Assembly (NCBI GenBank): GCA_977018835.1
Contig: OZ361256.1
Span: forward strand, 4,650,001-4,714,000
Reading direction: 5' to 3'
DNA length: 64,000 bases
DNA from: Minutocellus sp. GHC0000111
Taxonomy: Eukaryota
Part shown: one piece after another, positions 22,859 through 35,436 of the stretch
How the letters are laid out: every line of letters begins with the position of its first letter
Numbering within the stretch: position 1 is the stretch's first letter
Position numbers and translations under genes: made by a program
The notes under the pieces: model-generated
What the model was told of the DNA's origin: nothing
The model's input: the letters and a program-made list of their open reading frames with translations, nothing else
The model's database searches: none

Positions 22859-23866
22859 CTATCTTCTACCCTTACGCCCAGTCCGCTGCTTCTTCCTGCC
22901 ATATCCCTGCCCAAATCGCTTCTGTCGCGAGTCCTGAATCTTGGTAAATTGCTTCTTGGCATACTTCTTCACGTCGGCATCGGCCATAATCTCCTCGGCC
23001 AGATTCTGGCGCCGCTGCTTCTTGGTAAGGCGACTGGAATAGTACTCCTCGGAACCCTCAATGACCGTTCCCACCTGCACCATCTTGGGGTCCAGAATGT
23101 CCGCCTTCTTGTAGAAACGCTTGGGGTCCAGATACGTACGGTTGCGGATGATGGCAATGTGGGCCTTGACGTCGTCGGTGAGGGCGGCGGGGGTCATTCC
23201 GAACCACCCCCGGCCGGCGGTGCCGTCCGGTCCGCGCTTGGTCCCCATCTTGAAGGAGGTGGCGCCGCTGGATCCCGGACGGCGATGACGCATGGCATCC
23301 GCTCGGAACGACTGGGCACCGGAACTGATGACGTGGGAGGCCGTCGATCGGTCCGTCCTCTGGGCCCGGCGGCGCATCTCTTGGAGTGATTGCTCCACCG
23401 ACGCTGCGCCACCCTTACTACTCCCGGCATCAGCTGGTTTGGCATACGTCACCTCCAGCCGCATCGGCGCCGTGTAGCCCGGGATGAGGTCCGACAGGGC
23501 GTTGCCCTCGCCAGGGCCGCCGAACTTGCTGGTCCTGCCCTTGCTTTTATTCTTGCCGCTAGTTTTGTCTTTCTGCGTCATGGCCTCCCACCCAAACGTC
23601 TTGCGGGCCGCCTCGGACGCCAGAGCGATGGCGTGCTGGATCTCCTCCTGGCCCACTTTCGCCCGCGACGAGCTGTTGGTGGCGTCGTCGTCTTCCTCGT
23701 CTTTGGAAGAGGAGGAATCGTCTTCGTTGCCGCTGTCGCTACTGCTTTCGTCCTCGTCGTTATTCTGGTCCGATTCCGACGCACTATCTTCCTCCTCTTG
23801 TCTGGCATTGATCTGGCCGTCAGCCTCGGCTTCATCGGCGTCTTGAGACGAGCGGCGGGTCCTCAT
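22859..23866 (-). CDS. FCF2: Pre-rRNA processing protein Fcf2 (DNTTIP2-like)
   Basis: GWFGM, IRNR.YLDPKRFYKK, QVGTVIEG..EYYSSRLTKKQR...LAEEI; acidic N-terminus, basic C-terminus. Confidence 0.9.
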   Translation of the reverse strand: MRTRRSSQDADEAEADGQINARQEEEDSASESDQNNDEDESSSDSGNEDDSSSSKDEEDDDATNSSSRAKVGQEEIQHAIALASEAARKTFGWEAMTQKDKTSGKNKSKGRTSKFGGPGEGNALSDLIPGYTAPMRLEVTYAKPADAGSSKGGAASVEQSLQEMRRRAQRTDRSTASHVISSGAQSFRADAMRHRRPGSSGATSFKMGTKRGPDGTAGRGWFGMTPAALTDDVKAHIAIIRNRTYLDPKRFYKKADILDPKMVQVGTVIEGSEEYYSSRLTKKQRRQNLAEEIMADADVKKYAKKQFTKIQDSRQKRFGQGYGRKKQRTGRKGRR

Positions 23867-24108
23867 GGTTGGTATTAGAGAAATGATGGGTGTGAGAAAT
23901 CAAGGGAGAGCAACGCTTGCCGGGCGATGCAAGACGTAAAATTTGTGGCATGGCTGACGGGCGGACGGACGTGCTCATTCTTGACACGGCCTTCGTTTTG
24001 GCGCCAAGAGAAGTTGCAAAGTAGACGGCATTGAGGGAAGAAGGCAATGACATGCGTTGTATGAAGTATCGAACACAACGATAGGTAGATACTCTCGCAT
24101 ATTCTAAA

Positions 24109-26275
24109 ATGCGGTCGCTATTCCCGCCCAACCTCGTCGAGCGGATGACCCGGCGGAAGCCGCTCTTCTTCGATGACGGCGACGGCGACCTGCCGCAAGA
24201 CATTGGCGCCTCCTCGTCCTCGCCCGAGCAGGGTGATGCCACCCCTCCCAGCCCCACCAAGGCCACGTTGCGTCGGACTCTGTCGCTGGCCGATCTCATC
24301 CTGTATGGCGTGGGGTGCAGCGTCGGCGCTGGCATCTACTGCCTGGTCGGACTGGGCGCCGAGATCGCTGGTCCAGCCATCGCCCTCAGCTTTGGTCTCT
24401 GCGGGATGGCCTGCGTCTTCACGGCCTTGGCGTATGGTGAATTTGCCGCCAGAATACCTGTGACCGGATCGGCGTGTGAGTAACTGCAAGCTAGTGCATG
24501 AGTTTATTGGAATACTTGTATGTGCGCATTTCTTGCATAACATCTCATTGTAATTTCCATCTTCTATTCGCCCATAAGACGTCTACGCGTACGTGACATT
24601 TGGAGAGTTTGTGGCCTGGCTCGTCGGTTGGTCTCTCACACTTAACTATGCCTTCAGCGCCAGCGTCGTGGCGCGGAGCTGGGGAGAGTACCTAGCCGCC
24701 TTCCTGCGGGGGTTGCCCTTCTTCCAATCCCGTGGTCTCAAGATGAGCTGGCTGACACGGATGCATCTGAGTTGGGTGCCGTTTATTTCAGAGTCGTATA
24801 CTTGTTCGCCATTATCGATTGTGATTGTTGCGATATGCACCGCCGTTCTCGTCACGGGTGCCAAAGAATCGTCGAGATTCAATAACGCTATGACCGTATT
24901 GAATTTAGCAATGCTGGGATTTGTTGTAGTCGCTGGAGTCGGAAGTGGAACGGTCGAGGGTGACAACTTGGTCCCCTTCTTCCCTGAAGGATTTGGTGGC
25001 GTCTTGCGTGGATCTGGTCTGGTATTTTTTGCTTTCATTGGATTTGACATGGTGGCTTGCTTGAGTGAGGAGGTGATTAGTCCAGAGCGCAACATGCCCA
25101 TGGGCATTGTCGGTACGTTGGCTGCTACTACCGCAATTTATGTCTCAGTAACTCTTGTTGTGATTGGTATGGCACCGTTTGATTTGCTTGGAGGTGATGT
25201 TCCAATCGTCAATGCACTATTGGCCAATGGATGCTGCACGCACGACGAGCAACTTTTAGACGCCAACTCGGGCGAACAATGCCTCGACCAGTCCTGTTCG
25301 CCCACCATTCGACCCATACTCCTCTATGGAAGCCGAATGGTTTCGTTTGGTGCGATCTTCGATCTCACCACGGGCACCTTCACAAGCTTAATGGGACAAC
25401 CACGTATTTTCTATCGGATGGCAATGGATGGACTCTTGTACAAAGTCTTTGCAAAGATCAATCCTCGAACCCAAGTCCCCACCGAGGGTATATTGCTCAC
25501 CGGCATCCTTTGTTCCGCCTTGGCATGCTTCGTTTATCTCGACGCTTTGGCCAACTTGATTAGTCTGGGTACACTGGCGGTCTTTACGTTTGTAGATGCT
25601 GGAGTTATCATTCTCAGAATGAGGCCAGCGGAAGATCTTGATATCTCGGAGGGCGAAATGTACAGCACAGAGCTGAACGATGCTAATAACTTTCCTTCCG
25701 AGGACGATAACGTCATACAAGAAGGATTCGAAGAATCATTGTGGGAGATGATAATTTCAAAATATCGCCGGTACACTTCGGGCTCGGTGGAGTCGAATGG
25801 GAATCTGCCGACCATCCTATCCGTCGTGTTTACACTGTCGGCGATTTTGGCGTCAATGTTCTACAACAACGAGTGGTCTACGCTGATTCCTGTGATATGC
25901 TTGGCCTTGGCAGCCTACTCGGCAATCGCCCTAATTTTGCTTCCAAAGTCGGCTCCTCCGGACACCTTCAAATGCCCATATGTTCCTGTAGTGCCTTTGG
26001 TCGGTCTTGCTTGCAACGGGTACATGATGGGTTCCCTGCCGATGAGCAGCTGGCAATTTATGATATTGTGGCTTATATTAGGCATTCTTGTTTATTTTGC
26101 GTACGGCGTGAGAAATTCTGTCCTTGGGAAGGAGAGTGACAAGGGTATGAGGCGGCAGAGTGCTTCGTATGGAAGTATGCTATGGGAAGGAACTCGATTA
26201 TTAGCAGACGATTCCAGAGATGCGGGCGATGTATCACTTCATGGGTTGAATGATCACCATGAGCATGAGATGTGA
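24109..26275 (+). CDS. Cationic amino acid transporter (APC/CAT family); intron 24476-24578
   Basis: LRRTLSLADLILYGVGCSVGAGIY, AGPAI.LSF, YGEFAARIP..GSA|YVYAY (splicing restores the motif), FFAFIGFD, GQPRIFYRMA.DGLL, LISLGTL, FKCPYVP. Confidence 0.93.
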
Positions 26276-26655
26276 GTGAGATATCAATATTAGAAGATCT
26301 CCAGATAAACTACGTAGTTAGCACCTTCGACTCAAAATACTACTACTAGCACTATAGAATATCAATGCTAGTACTGCGTGAGAAAAGGTGTCGCAATTAT
26401 TTCACATATCTCGTTGTACTTTTAGAAATTAAAACATCTAACCCAACACGCCAGTTTTTTTCCTTGGATCTCTATGAATGGGTGGAACCCCTATAAATCC
26501 TTGGATATGAGTGAGCAGTGCTGTACTATTTTGGCACTTCAATGATGGCTGGAGCAGCCGAAAGAAGTAGAGGGTTGATCTCTTTCGTCGTGGGGGCAGC
26601 AACCATTAGAGTCTTTGCATCGAAGCAGAGCACATGTAGATCTTTTAAGTGCTTT

Positions 26656-27897
26656 TTAAGCCTTGCACCACATTAGCACGCCATCGCCTGTTGTGCCCGG
26701 ATCCTGCTCACACGTGCCCTTGCAGCAGAGGTCGTTATTGGCAGTTTGGACATTACTCTGATTACAACCCTGACCGTTGGGGTAGTATTCCAGAGCAGGT
26801 CCCTTTCCATTGCCAAGGGTACATCCGGGAGCTGGATCAGTACCTAGATCGACACAAGAACCATCGACGCAGTCAGCTACACAACCGTCGCAAGGGCACT
26901 CGTAGACACCGGAAGGACAGCAGGTCTGGCCTCCTTCGCCACATGGCTGGCATCTGTTATTGCTGGGGTTGCACGAGAGGCCGGGGGCATCCAGGGGGAA
27001 GACTGGGTTTGTTCCATCTTCGTAGGGGCAGATGGCGCCCGAGCAGCAGATGGCGCCCGGTTGATCACCACAATTCTCGCACCGCCCAGTGCCAGTATTG
27101 CAGGCTTGAGTATCAAGTGTGCAAACATCTCCTGGGCAGCAGATCTGACCATCGCCGCCACAGTTCTCACAAGTAGCAGTGCCCTTGTCGCAAGCGAGAG
27201 AGTCACCGGAGCAAAAGTCTCCAGAATCATCAGAGCAGCACGGGTCGCCGGCTTGGACTCCGCACGTGTTGCAGATCTTGTTGATTGGATCGCACGTGGA
27301 GCCTGCGCTGCAGACGTCCCCTGGGCAGCAGGGTTGGCCGTCACCGCCACATTCCTCACACGTATTCTTGAAGAGGTTGCAGGTGTTTCCTGGAAGGCAG
27401 GAGCTCTCACACGAGTCCTCGCCGCAGCCGATGTTGCAGCATGGGTCACCGGCTTTGCCACACTCCACACAGATGTAGTCTTCTTCCGCGGGTTCCGTGA
27501 AGTCGTCGGGGAACTTGCAGCCATATCCCGGGACGCAGCGATGAGAGGGGTCGGCACAGCAGCGCTCTCCTGGCAGGCCGCACTTGCTCGATCCCTTGCC
27601 CTTGCCAGTACCGGAGCCAGTGCCGGAGCCGGAGTAGGGATAGTAGAATCCATAATGGCCAGAGCCCGTACCAGAACCAGAGCCGGCCCTGCGGTGCTCC
27701 TGGTCGACGACGCTGTAGGGGTTGGCGGCGGCGAAGGCCTCCTCGCGCTCCTCGAGGAGACGACGACGTTCGGCGGCGTCCTCGGACCTGGTACGACGAC
27801 CGCCGGCCTTCCTGGAGGCAGCGGCGGTGGGGTGGGGGGAGAGGACGGCCAGCAGACCGAGGGCGAAGAGGAAGACGTTGCTGCGATTGAAGATCAT
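26656..27897 (-). CDS. Secreted Cys-rich repeat protein with Gly/Ser/Tyr/Lys linker
   Basis: Signal peptide MIFNRSNVFLFALGLLAVLSPHPTAA; RRLL and HRRA sites; GSGSGTGSGHYGFYYPYSGSGTGSGTGKGKGSSK; seven CGxx(x)GxxCC units. Confidence 0.85.
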   Translation of the reverse strand: MIFNRSNVFLFALGLLAVLSPHPTAAASRKAGGRRTRSEDAAERRRLLEEREEAFAAANPYSVVDQEHRRAGSGSGTGSGHYGFYYPYSGSGTGSGTGKGKGSSKCGLPGERCCADPSHRCVPGYGCKFPDDFTEPAEEDYICVECGKAGDPCCNIGCGEDSCESSCLPGNTCNLFKNTCEECGGDGQPCCPGDVCSAGSTCDPINKICNTCGVQAGDPCCSDDSGDFCSGDSLACDKGTATCENCGGDGQICCPGDVCTLDTQACNTGTGRCENCGDQPGAICCSGAICPYEDGTNPVFPLDAPGLSCNPSNNRCQPCGEGGQTCCPSGVYECPCDGCVADCVDGSCVDLGTDPAPGCTLGNGKGPALEYYPNGQGCNQSNVQTANNDLCCKGTCEQDPGTTGDGVLMWCKA

Positions 27898-29024
27898 AGT
27901 GGTGGTAGGCGTGTAGATTTCTTGACGACGGCGACGATACCGGAAAAAGAAGTCGATACCGGGAAAAGTCGAATTCGAATCGAATCGAATGTTCACCTAT
28001 TGGCAGGCACATGTGTGATGCGGGAACACACCGTGCGCAAAAGTAGAGAAGAGAGGACGATGGTACGGACGCATGGTGTTGGTAGGAGGGGAACTTGCGT
28101 CAGATGGGACGAACGAATGACGAACATGCCAATTCAAGTCTTGCGAAGCACAAACTGCTCATCAACTTTTTTCCCCGGCGCCAAGCCCACGAAAATACCC
28201 ATCGATCGATGCCGCCCCAGACATGCTGGTGCAAATGGTGCATGTCAAAATATGCCAAGGCACAGCAAACAAGATATGCGTAGAAAATAAATGCTCAAGG
28301 GGACCTTTTTGGCCCTGCATGCAATTGTTCATACAGGCTTTGGTGTTGCTCGAGGGCAAACAAATTCAAACAAGAAACGCATCGAGGACACCGAAAAAAA
28401 TGAGCGTGCAGTCAATCAAGCAAGAGGAGGCGGGGTGCCCACACCGAACAAAAACACCTTCGAGAGATGATGCCGTGATGCGGTTCACCCTCCATTCTCC
28501 TTATATCTTCATGTGGCATTTGCTTCCTTACCTTTCAATGAAATTATGTGCATGTGCCCAATTCCATTCGGAAATTGCTACTACGTAGGCTCCTCAAGAA
28601 AAACCGCCAGATCAGAACCTTCCGACCTTTCTGAAATCGCCGGCCGGGTCGGTTTTGTCAGCAATCAAAATATGTGATTTCCCAACGGCTAAGAAACCCT
28701 CAACAAATAATTTGAACATTCGCTTTCTAAAATTGTGAGGAGTATCGCCAAAGCAACTGCCATATTTTGATGATCTTCCCTCAAAAATTCAATTGAGCAG
28801 TGACGTTGCTTTTTCTCTTTGAGGGTCTCTTGAAATTCAGGATTCGGGGTCTTCCCAAAACATCAGGTCAGCCGATCAGCCGATGCCGTCAGATGATCAA
28901 TATCATCAGGCGATCGAGCGAAAGGCAACATCATCACTGAAGATCATAGAATCATCGCAGATCTCAGCAGCCGCAGTGCAGTGGTCGCATCGAAGACAAG
29001 ACCTTTTACGCACATGCCAAAACC

Positions 29025-30077
29025 ATGAACTACTACCAACCAATATCGGAAACGCAGCCCCTCAACTCCCATCGAGAGAAGGCCAGGACGCGGGTCAAGA
29101 TGAGGAAGATGCTCCCTGCGGTGGGGATTGGTGCGGTCGTCTTGATGATGATTGCGGCCGCCCTGGTGGTGTTCGTTTCGTCGGGGCACACCTTTCGCAG
29201 ACCCTTGTCGGAAACAGATCCGGAGTTGTATTACAGTCACCTGGCCAACGAGGCCCTGATCGAGAATCTCACCAGTCGCAAGACCAAGAAGCCGGTGCGG
29301 CCAGGATGCGAAGCGACCGTCATCCTGATGCGCCATTGCGAACGCTACTTTGCTAGACGCGACAGAGAAAAGAATAAGTACTGCGGATACCTGGGCCTTG
29401 AGCGAGCGAATTATCTGGCCACTCTCTTTGGCGACGGGGCTCGGTGGCCGGCTCCAGCTCGACTGTATGCAATGAATCCAATCCGCCCTGGTTCGGACAA
29501 CATGAAGTTTTGGCAAGCCGATACGTTGGAACCGCTTGCCGAAAAGATCCAGGTGATGGTCAAGACCGTATTTACGGTTGGTGACGAGCGTCGTCTCGCA
29601 AAGGCGATATTCAATGATTTGAGGAAGGGAAATCTTTGCGGCAAGTTGATTGTTGTGAGCTGGGACCACGATATTCCGACCCTAGCGCAAGAGTTTGGCT
29701 GTGGGCCGTACAATGGCTGTCCATATCAATGTGCTCAATCCGATTATGATTCTACATATCAGATCAAATTTGTATACAACAGTCCAGAGGCTGGGGCTGT
29801 GCATAGGAAGTATGATGACCACGAAGAGGTCGATAAATATGGCGAAATTGATGATGACAGTGTAAATGACGATGACGATACTGATAATCTTCGACGCCGT
29901 CTTGGTCCGACCAGGTCCTTCTTTCATCATCGCAACACCGAGGTAGAGGCATGGGAAGTGCATGGTGCTGTGGTAAACATGAATTTTGATCCACTTTCGT
30001 TTAGTGCCAGTGTTGGAGACTATCCAGAGGGAGGCAAGGCTTTTGGTGGTGCCTGGAGGATGGATGATGCGCTCTAA
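29025..30077 (+). CDS. Type II membrane histidine-phosphatase (phosphoglycerate mutase-like) protein
   Basis: N-terminal TM; VILMRHCE (RHG-like), G.ERANYL, TLEPLA, IVVSWDH..IP.LA. Confidence 0.7.
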   Translation: MNYYQPISETQPLNSHREKARTRVKMRKMLPAVGIGAVVLMMIAAALVVFVSSGHTFRRPLSETDPELYYSHLANEALIENLTSRKTKKPVRPGCEATVILMRHCERYFARRDREKNKYCGYLGLERANYLATLFGDGARWPAPARLYAMNPIRPGSDNMKFWQADTLEPLAEKIQVMVKTVFTVGDERRLAKAIFNDLRKGNLCGKLIVVSWDHDIPTLAQEFGCGPYNGCPYQCAQSDYDSTYQIKFVYNSPEAGAVHRKYDDHEEVDKYGEIDDDSVNDDDDTDNLRRRLGPTRSFFHHRNTEVEAWEVHGAVVNMNFDPLSFSASVGDYPEGGKAFGGAWRMDDAL

Positions 30078-30174
30078 TGTCGGAATTTGCAAAAGGCATT
30101 CTCTTCATTTCATTTAAATAAAACTAACAACCAATATGGAATAGCCACGTAAGTAAGAGTTGAGTACCTACTTA

Positions 30175-31123
30175 TTAATTATCCACCTCCATCATATCAC
30201 CATCGCCACTGCCCTGGCCCTGGCACTCCTTGACTTCCTCTGCCTCCCCGGCCTCAGTCCTCAATCTGGCCACCTCCTCTTGCAGCAGCCTCCTTGACTT
30301 CCTCTGCCTCCCCGGCCTCAGTCCTCAATCTGGCCACCTCCTCTTGCAGCAGCCTCGTGGCCTCGGAAAGGCGCATGTTGTTCCCCACCAGCTCCTCCCA
30401 CCGCGCCCCCAGCCGATTCAGCTTCGGTGCCGCCTCCTCCTCCTGCATCGTCTTGCGCCGGGCGTTGACGTCGTCGACCCGCGCCCGCTGGACGGTGAGG
30501 CCGTCCGACAGGGCGGCCACCGCCCCCCGCTCCAGGGAAGCGTTGGCATGCTTCCACAGCGCCGATTCGAATTCCGACTGCAGTTCCAGATTGGTCAGGC
30601 GGGACCGATGATGTTCCAATGCCACCTTGGCCCGATCGATGGATTGTCGGAACTGCTCGGCGGATAATACTGTGCCGTCGTCTTCCCCCAGAGCCGGCAG
30701 GTCGGTGCTGTGCGTGGAGGATGGAACGTGGGCCTCAGTCACTGGTCGGGGGGCGCCGCCTCGTGCTACCAGCGCGGCATATTCTCTCTGGTTGATCGAT
30801 GATGCCTCACCACCATCTGTGCTGCTTGCGTTAGCAGCATTTGCATCTGTGCGTCGTCCGAACCGAGGTCCTTCGTCCAGCACATATCGGCCGAGGTGGG
30901 GCAGAGATATCGTGTCGGGATGGGGCCGAAACTTTGACATCTCCTCCTCAATGAGCGACGCCGCGTATGCCTCGTAGTCCGGATGCGAATAGTCGATGTA
31001 GGGGAGGGAGTCCAGCACCAGAGGCTCCTGAGACGAAGACTGCCCTTCGTCAGAATGGCCAGATGCTTCGGCGGTCGTGGTGGTGGTTTCTGGTCCTCCG
31101 ACCATGACAGCTGCAGAGGACAT
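30175..31123 (-). CDS. SPF27: Pre-mRNA splicing factor SPF27/BCAS2; extreme C-terminus frameshifted by a 64-bp duplication (assembled stop 30254, ancestral stop 30175)
   Basis: LDSLPYID, A.SLIEEEM, LEHHRSRLTNLEL, W..ANA.LE, VNARRK.MQ, L..L..RWEELV..N. Confidence 0.85.
30226..30356. repeat. Perfect 64-bp tandem duplication
   Basis: tgacttcctctgcctccccggcctcagtcctcaatctggccacctcctcttgcagcagcc at 30231 and 30295; junction microhomology CTC. Confidence 0.95.
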
Positions 31124-31603
31124 TTTACGGAAATTCTTTTGGCAACAAGGCAAAGAATATGGTTCGCTGCAAGTTGAATTGTATCGCGTCGCGAGTGGTG
31201 CTCCTGTACGAGTGCTGGTGGCGTATCTTCTCAGGCGGCAAAACAGCACATCTTGTGACGATTTTCCTCCCGAACAGAACGAAGGACAGACTAACAAATG
31301 AGAGAAGGACAGACGACATTTTTTCATCGAGGGGGGGATGGGAGCAAGGGCCTTGGGGGAGTGCTGATGGCGCGCGCTGGCCCGGCTTTGCTGCATGTGG
31401 TGGTTGTTTGATTGGACGTCTCGCCAAATAAGCAGGAGCAAACATGTCAAGATGAGAAAGGATCGCGAAGTAAGTGGGCGATGTGAATGCAGAACGTCTT
31501 GTCGGCGCGTAAAGCAAGTGCCCGGCCTGTACTTTCTCGAGGGAAAACAGAAGAAGAGGCATTCGGTCGATCAAAAGATCTTTTGAATTGTTGACTGAGA
31601 GCC

Positions 31604-34600
31604 ATGGTCCGATATGTCGCCCCGGCCTCGTGGCTTCTAGCCGCCGGCCTCCTGACAAATACTGTCGGCCGTCATGGTGTCGAGGCCACTTCCGATCTCG
31701 TCGAGACCAATGCAAAGGCGCCAGAATCGAACGCCGAAATCGTTGATAGCAACAAAGTCGACAGCTTCGTCTGGTCTCTGCCAGAAGCCATCGCCAAGGC
31801 GACCGGCCACGAACCCATCACCGAGTGGAAGGAATATCTCTTCAAGGATCCATTCGGCGAAGAAGACGACGTTGGATCTACCGCCGCCATCTATCCTCTC
31901 CGTGAGCCGAAAAAGAATGGCGTCTACCAAGTCAACTGGAAGGGTGGTAATACCGGTGGTGGTGGTACTGTGCGAGGAAGTAAGGTATGGTGGCCCTCCA
32001 TCACCTGCCCGTATGGTGGATCTATGGACGTTGACAATTATGGCAAGGAGAAGTGCATCGGCGTCGGACAGGGCATCTGCAAGGATAGATGGCAGTTTGG
32101 CATCAGACATCACGTTGACAACACGTATCTGATGCTTTGGCGAGAGGACGATCCCATGAACCCTGTCTACAAGTGGTTCCCTGGCGCTACAAGTCTGTGC
32201 ATCGGTGAGCGGTATCCCAACGTGGCATATCTTCGTGTCGTGTATGACGACTGCTTGTATTATCTCATCGGCCCGGGTGCTGGAAGTGCTGACAATCTCG
32301 CTCGCCTCAAAATTGTCGCCGACAATCAGCGGTACAAGCCCAACGATGTTATCGTCAAGTTCCGAGACGGTCCTGGCGATCAGAATGCTCTGTGGCAGAT
32401 CTTTGCCAACGGTTTTTCTCGGACGAGCCCTGACGCTCTCTGGTATCCCATCCCATGCGACACCGAAAGCCCAAGCTCATCTCCCTCCGCCACTCCAACT
32501 ATTTCGATGCAACCCTCGGCTAGTCCAACAGATATGCCCTCGAGCAGCCCCAGCGCAAGTCCGAGTGCGTTGCCCTCGGCGAGCCCTCGGCGAGTCCCAG
32601 TGCAAGCCCGAGTACATCGCCCTCGTCAAGTCCGTCTGGATCACCATCAAGCAGTCCGACAACGGAACCCTCCTCGTTGCCTTCTGCATCACCTACCAGC
32701 GCTCCGACATCAGAGCCGTCTTCGTCGCCGAGCTCGTCTCCGACTAGTACTCCTTCGAGTGAGCCATCAATATCGTCCCAGCCAACGGCAGCCTCTTGTC
32801 TTCCATCGCCAACAATGAATATTGGCACAAATGCCGGTGGGAGCCTCACCTTCACCCTCATGTCAATGCCGCAGGCTGTTTTTTATGTCGAGCTGCGCAC
32901 TTTTGTTAGGGGAGATTTCGGCCAGCCACGCGAGTTTGCTACTTTTTCTTGGATCAATGGTACAGAACCATTGCCGCCGCCGATTGGGTTAAATCCGGAC
33001 AACTTCATTGGAATAAATGATGGAGGCAATGGGATCGATTGTGACCCCGTTTATCACCAAGAAGCCTTTGCCATTCCAGTTGACACTTATAATGCGTGGG
33101 TTCAAGAAGGCAGCGGTACCATCCCAATCTTTATGCAGACGACCGATGATGTGAATGTTTGTGACCCCTATGCTGAGGCCTACATCCAAATCCAGGTTGA
33201 CGAGGGATGTGGTACTTTCTCCAATGCGCCAAGCTCGTCGCCGAGCATCCGTCCGTCCAACGTGCCTTCCACAACACTCGCTCCAAGTTCGTCACCGAGC
33301 TTGGAACCTTCAAATGAACCTTCCATTTCGGCAGAGCCCTCGAGTGAGCCATCAATCTCATCGCAACCGACGGCAGCCTCGTGTCTTCCATCTCCAACCA
33401 TGGACACAGGATCGCCTGGAGGTAGCCTCACCTTCGCCCTCACGTCGATGCCGCTGGCTTCCTTCTACGTCGAGCTGCGCACTTTTGTTAGAGGAGATTT
33501 TTCTTCGAACTCTGAGTTTGCTGACTTCTTCTGGGTCAACGCCACGGAACCACTGCCGCCGCCAGCGAACCAGGACAACTTCATTGGGCGAAATGGCGGC
33601 GGCGGAGACTGCGACCCAGACTACTTCCAACAGGCCTTCTTTGTTTCTGTCGATACTTACAACTCATGGGTTCAAGAGGGCAACGGTACCATCGCGATCT
33701 TTATGGACACTCCTGGTTCAGTGAACGTATGCGGTCCAACATATGCGGAAGCATTCATTCAGTTCCAGGTTGATGAGGGATGCGGTACTTTCTCAAATGC
33801 ACCAAGCTCGTTGCCCAGTGCTACCCCATCTTCCAAACCTACAGCCTCGCAGTCTCCTAGCTCATCACCGGCTCCTTCCCATTCTCCTTCCATATCACTT
33901 GCACCAAGCTCTTCGCCAAGCGATGTCCCAAGTGAGATACCCACAATTTCATTGCGCCCCAGCCAATCGCCGAGCTGAACTCCTTCTGCTTCGCCTTCCA
34001 TCTCGCTCGAGCCTTCTAGTAACCCATCGCAGTCATTTGCTCCAAGTTTGTCGCCGAGCAGCAGCCCTTCAAGCCCACCATCAACCTCATCGCAACCGAC
34101 AGCGACCTCTTGCCTTCCATCTCCTACAATGGACGTAGGAACGCCTGGAGGTAGCCTCACATTCACCCTGGCATCCATGCCGCTCGCTTCTTTCTACGTC
34201 GAGTTGCGTACATTTGTTAGAGGAGATTTTTCATCGAGCTCAGAGTATGCCGATTTCTTCTGGGTGAATGGCACGGAACCATTGCCGCCGCCTGCAAATC
34301 CGGATAGCTTCATCGGTCGAAATGGCGGCGGAGGAGACTGCGATCCAGACTACTTCCAGCAGACCTTCGTCATTTCCGTCGATACGTACAACGCATGGGT
34401 ACTCGTGGGCAATGGGACGATCCCAATCTTTATGGATACTCCCAGTGACGTGAATATTTGCAGTCCGACATATGCCGAAGCGTTCATTCAATTCCAGGTC
34501 GATGAAGCTTGTGGTACTTTCTCTTTTTCCCCAAGTACGCTACCGAGCAACCCTCCCTCTAATATGCCCTCAACATCCTCTGAACCAAGCTTGATGCCGA

Positions 34601-35436
34601 GTAATCTCCCGTCTATCAGTCCATCATTCTCATTTGAACCGACATCATCACAAGCTCCTTCTATCAGCCCTTCGCTGTCATTGGAACCTTCAAGTGTTCC
34701 ATCACTGTCGGCAGCTCCGACTAGCTGTACTGATACGTCTATTCTCACTACCTTCGATTCCAACAATGGACAATCAGGAAATATGTTTGATGTTGTGGCA
34801 AAGGAGAAAATCGAGATTACCGGTATTAGAAGCGTGAACATTGGAAGTACCGGATCATTGCAAACTCTTGTTGTATTTACAAAAAGTGGCTCTTATGCTG
34901 GTTTTGAAACAAACTCCTCTGCTTGGACTCAGTGGGGCAGGCTCGATGTAATCTCGGCTGGACCGGACGTGCCCACATTTGTTCCAGCAGATTCTTTCAC
35001 ATTTTCTTTCGTATTGAGCGCGGGAGAGACACGGTCCTTTTATGTTTTCCTTGAGTCGGGTGATATGCGTTACAGAAATGGAGTTACAGAAGGCGGACTA
35101 CTATCTCAGGATGAATCGATGCAAGTCTTGACAGGTATCGGTAGGTCGCTCCCCGCATTTGCCGGTTCCATTTTTACACCAAGATCTTGGAATGGAGAAA
35201 TTTCCTACACGAAATGCAGCACTTCCTCTTCCTCCTCCCCTCCTTTGGGATTGGGGGGAGCTTCTAGCCTCACGGCTTCTGGGAATTTCTTAAATGATGC
35301 AAAGACAAGTACGGGTGGTGCAGACGAGATGACCGAAGATGAACTTTGGGAATTTAAAAGGATTCAGGCGGAAGGATTACAGAGTGAGGAAGGGGACAGC
35401 AATTATGTGGGCGACACCGGTGGTGGCGATGAATGA
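31604..35436 (+). pseudogene. Secreted modular Ser/Pro-stalk protein, family copy 1: head domain, three RGDF modules and a distinct terminal domain; frameshift ~32586 and in-frame TGA at 33976-33978
   Basis: Signal peptide; head domain shared with copies at 38185, 42001 and 48021; (S/T)xxP repeats. Adding one C at gagccctcgg restores the SPSASP frame; ORFs 32677 and 34048 share a frame across one TGA. Confidence 0.8.
32791..34525 (+). repeat. Three ~140-aa internal domain repeats (~32791-33230, ~33376-33800, ~34105-34525)
   Basis: SCLPSPTM...GGSLTF.L.SMP.A.FYVELRTFVRGDF....E(F/Y)A.F.W.N.TEPLPPP...DCDP...VDTYN.WV..G.GTI.IFM.T...VN.C..YAEA.IQ.QVDE.CGTFS, three times. Confidence 0.92.
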
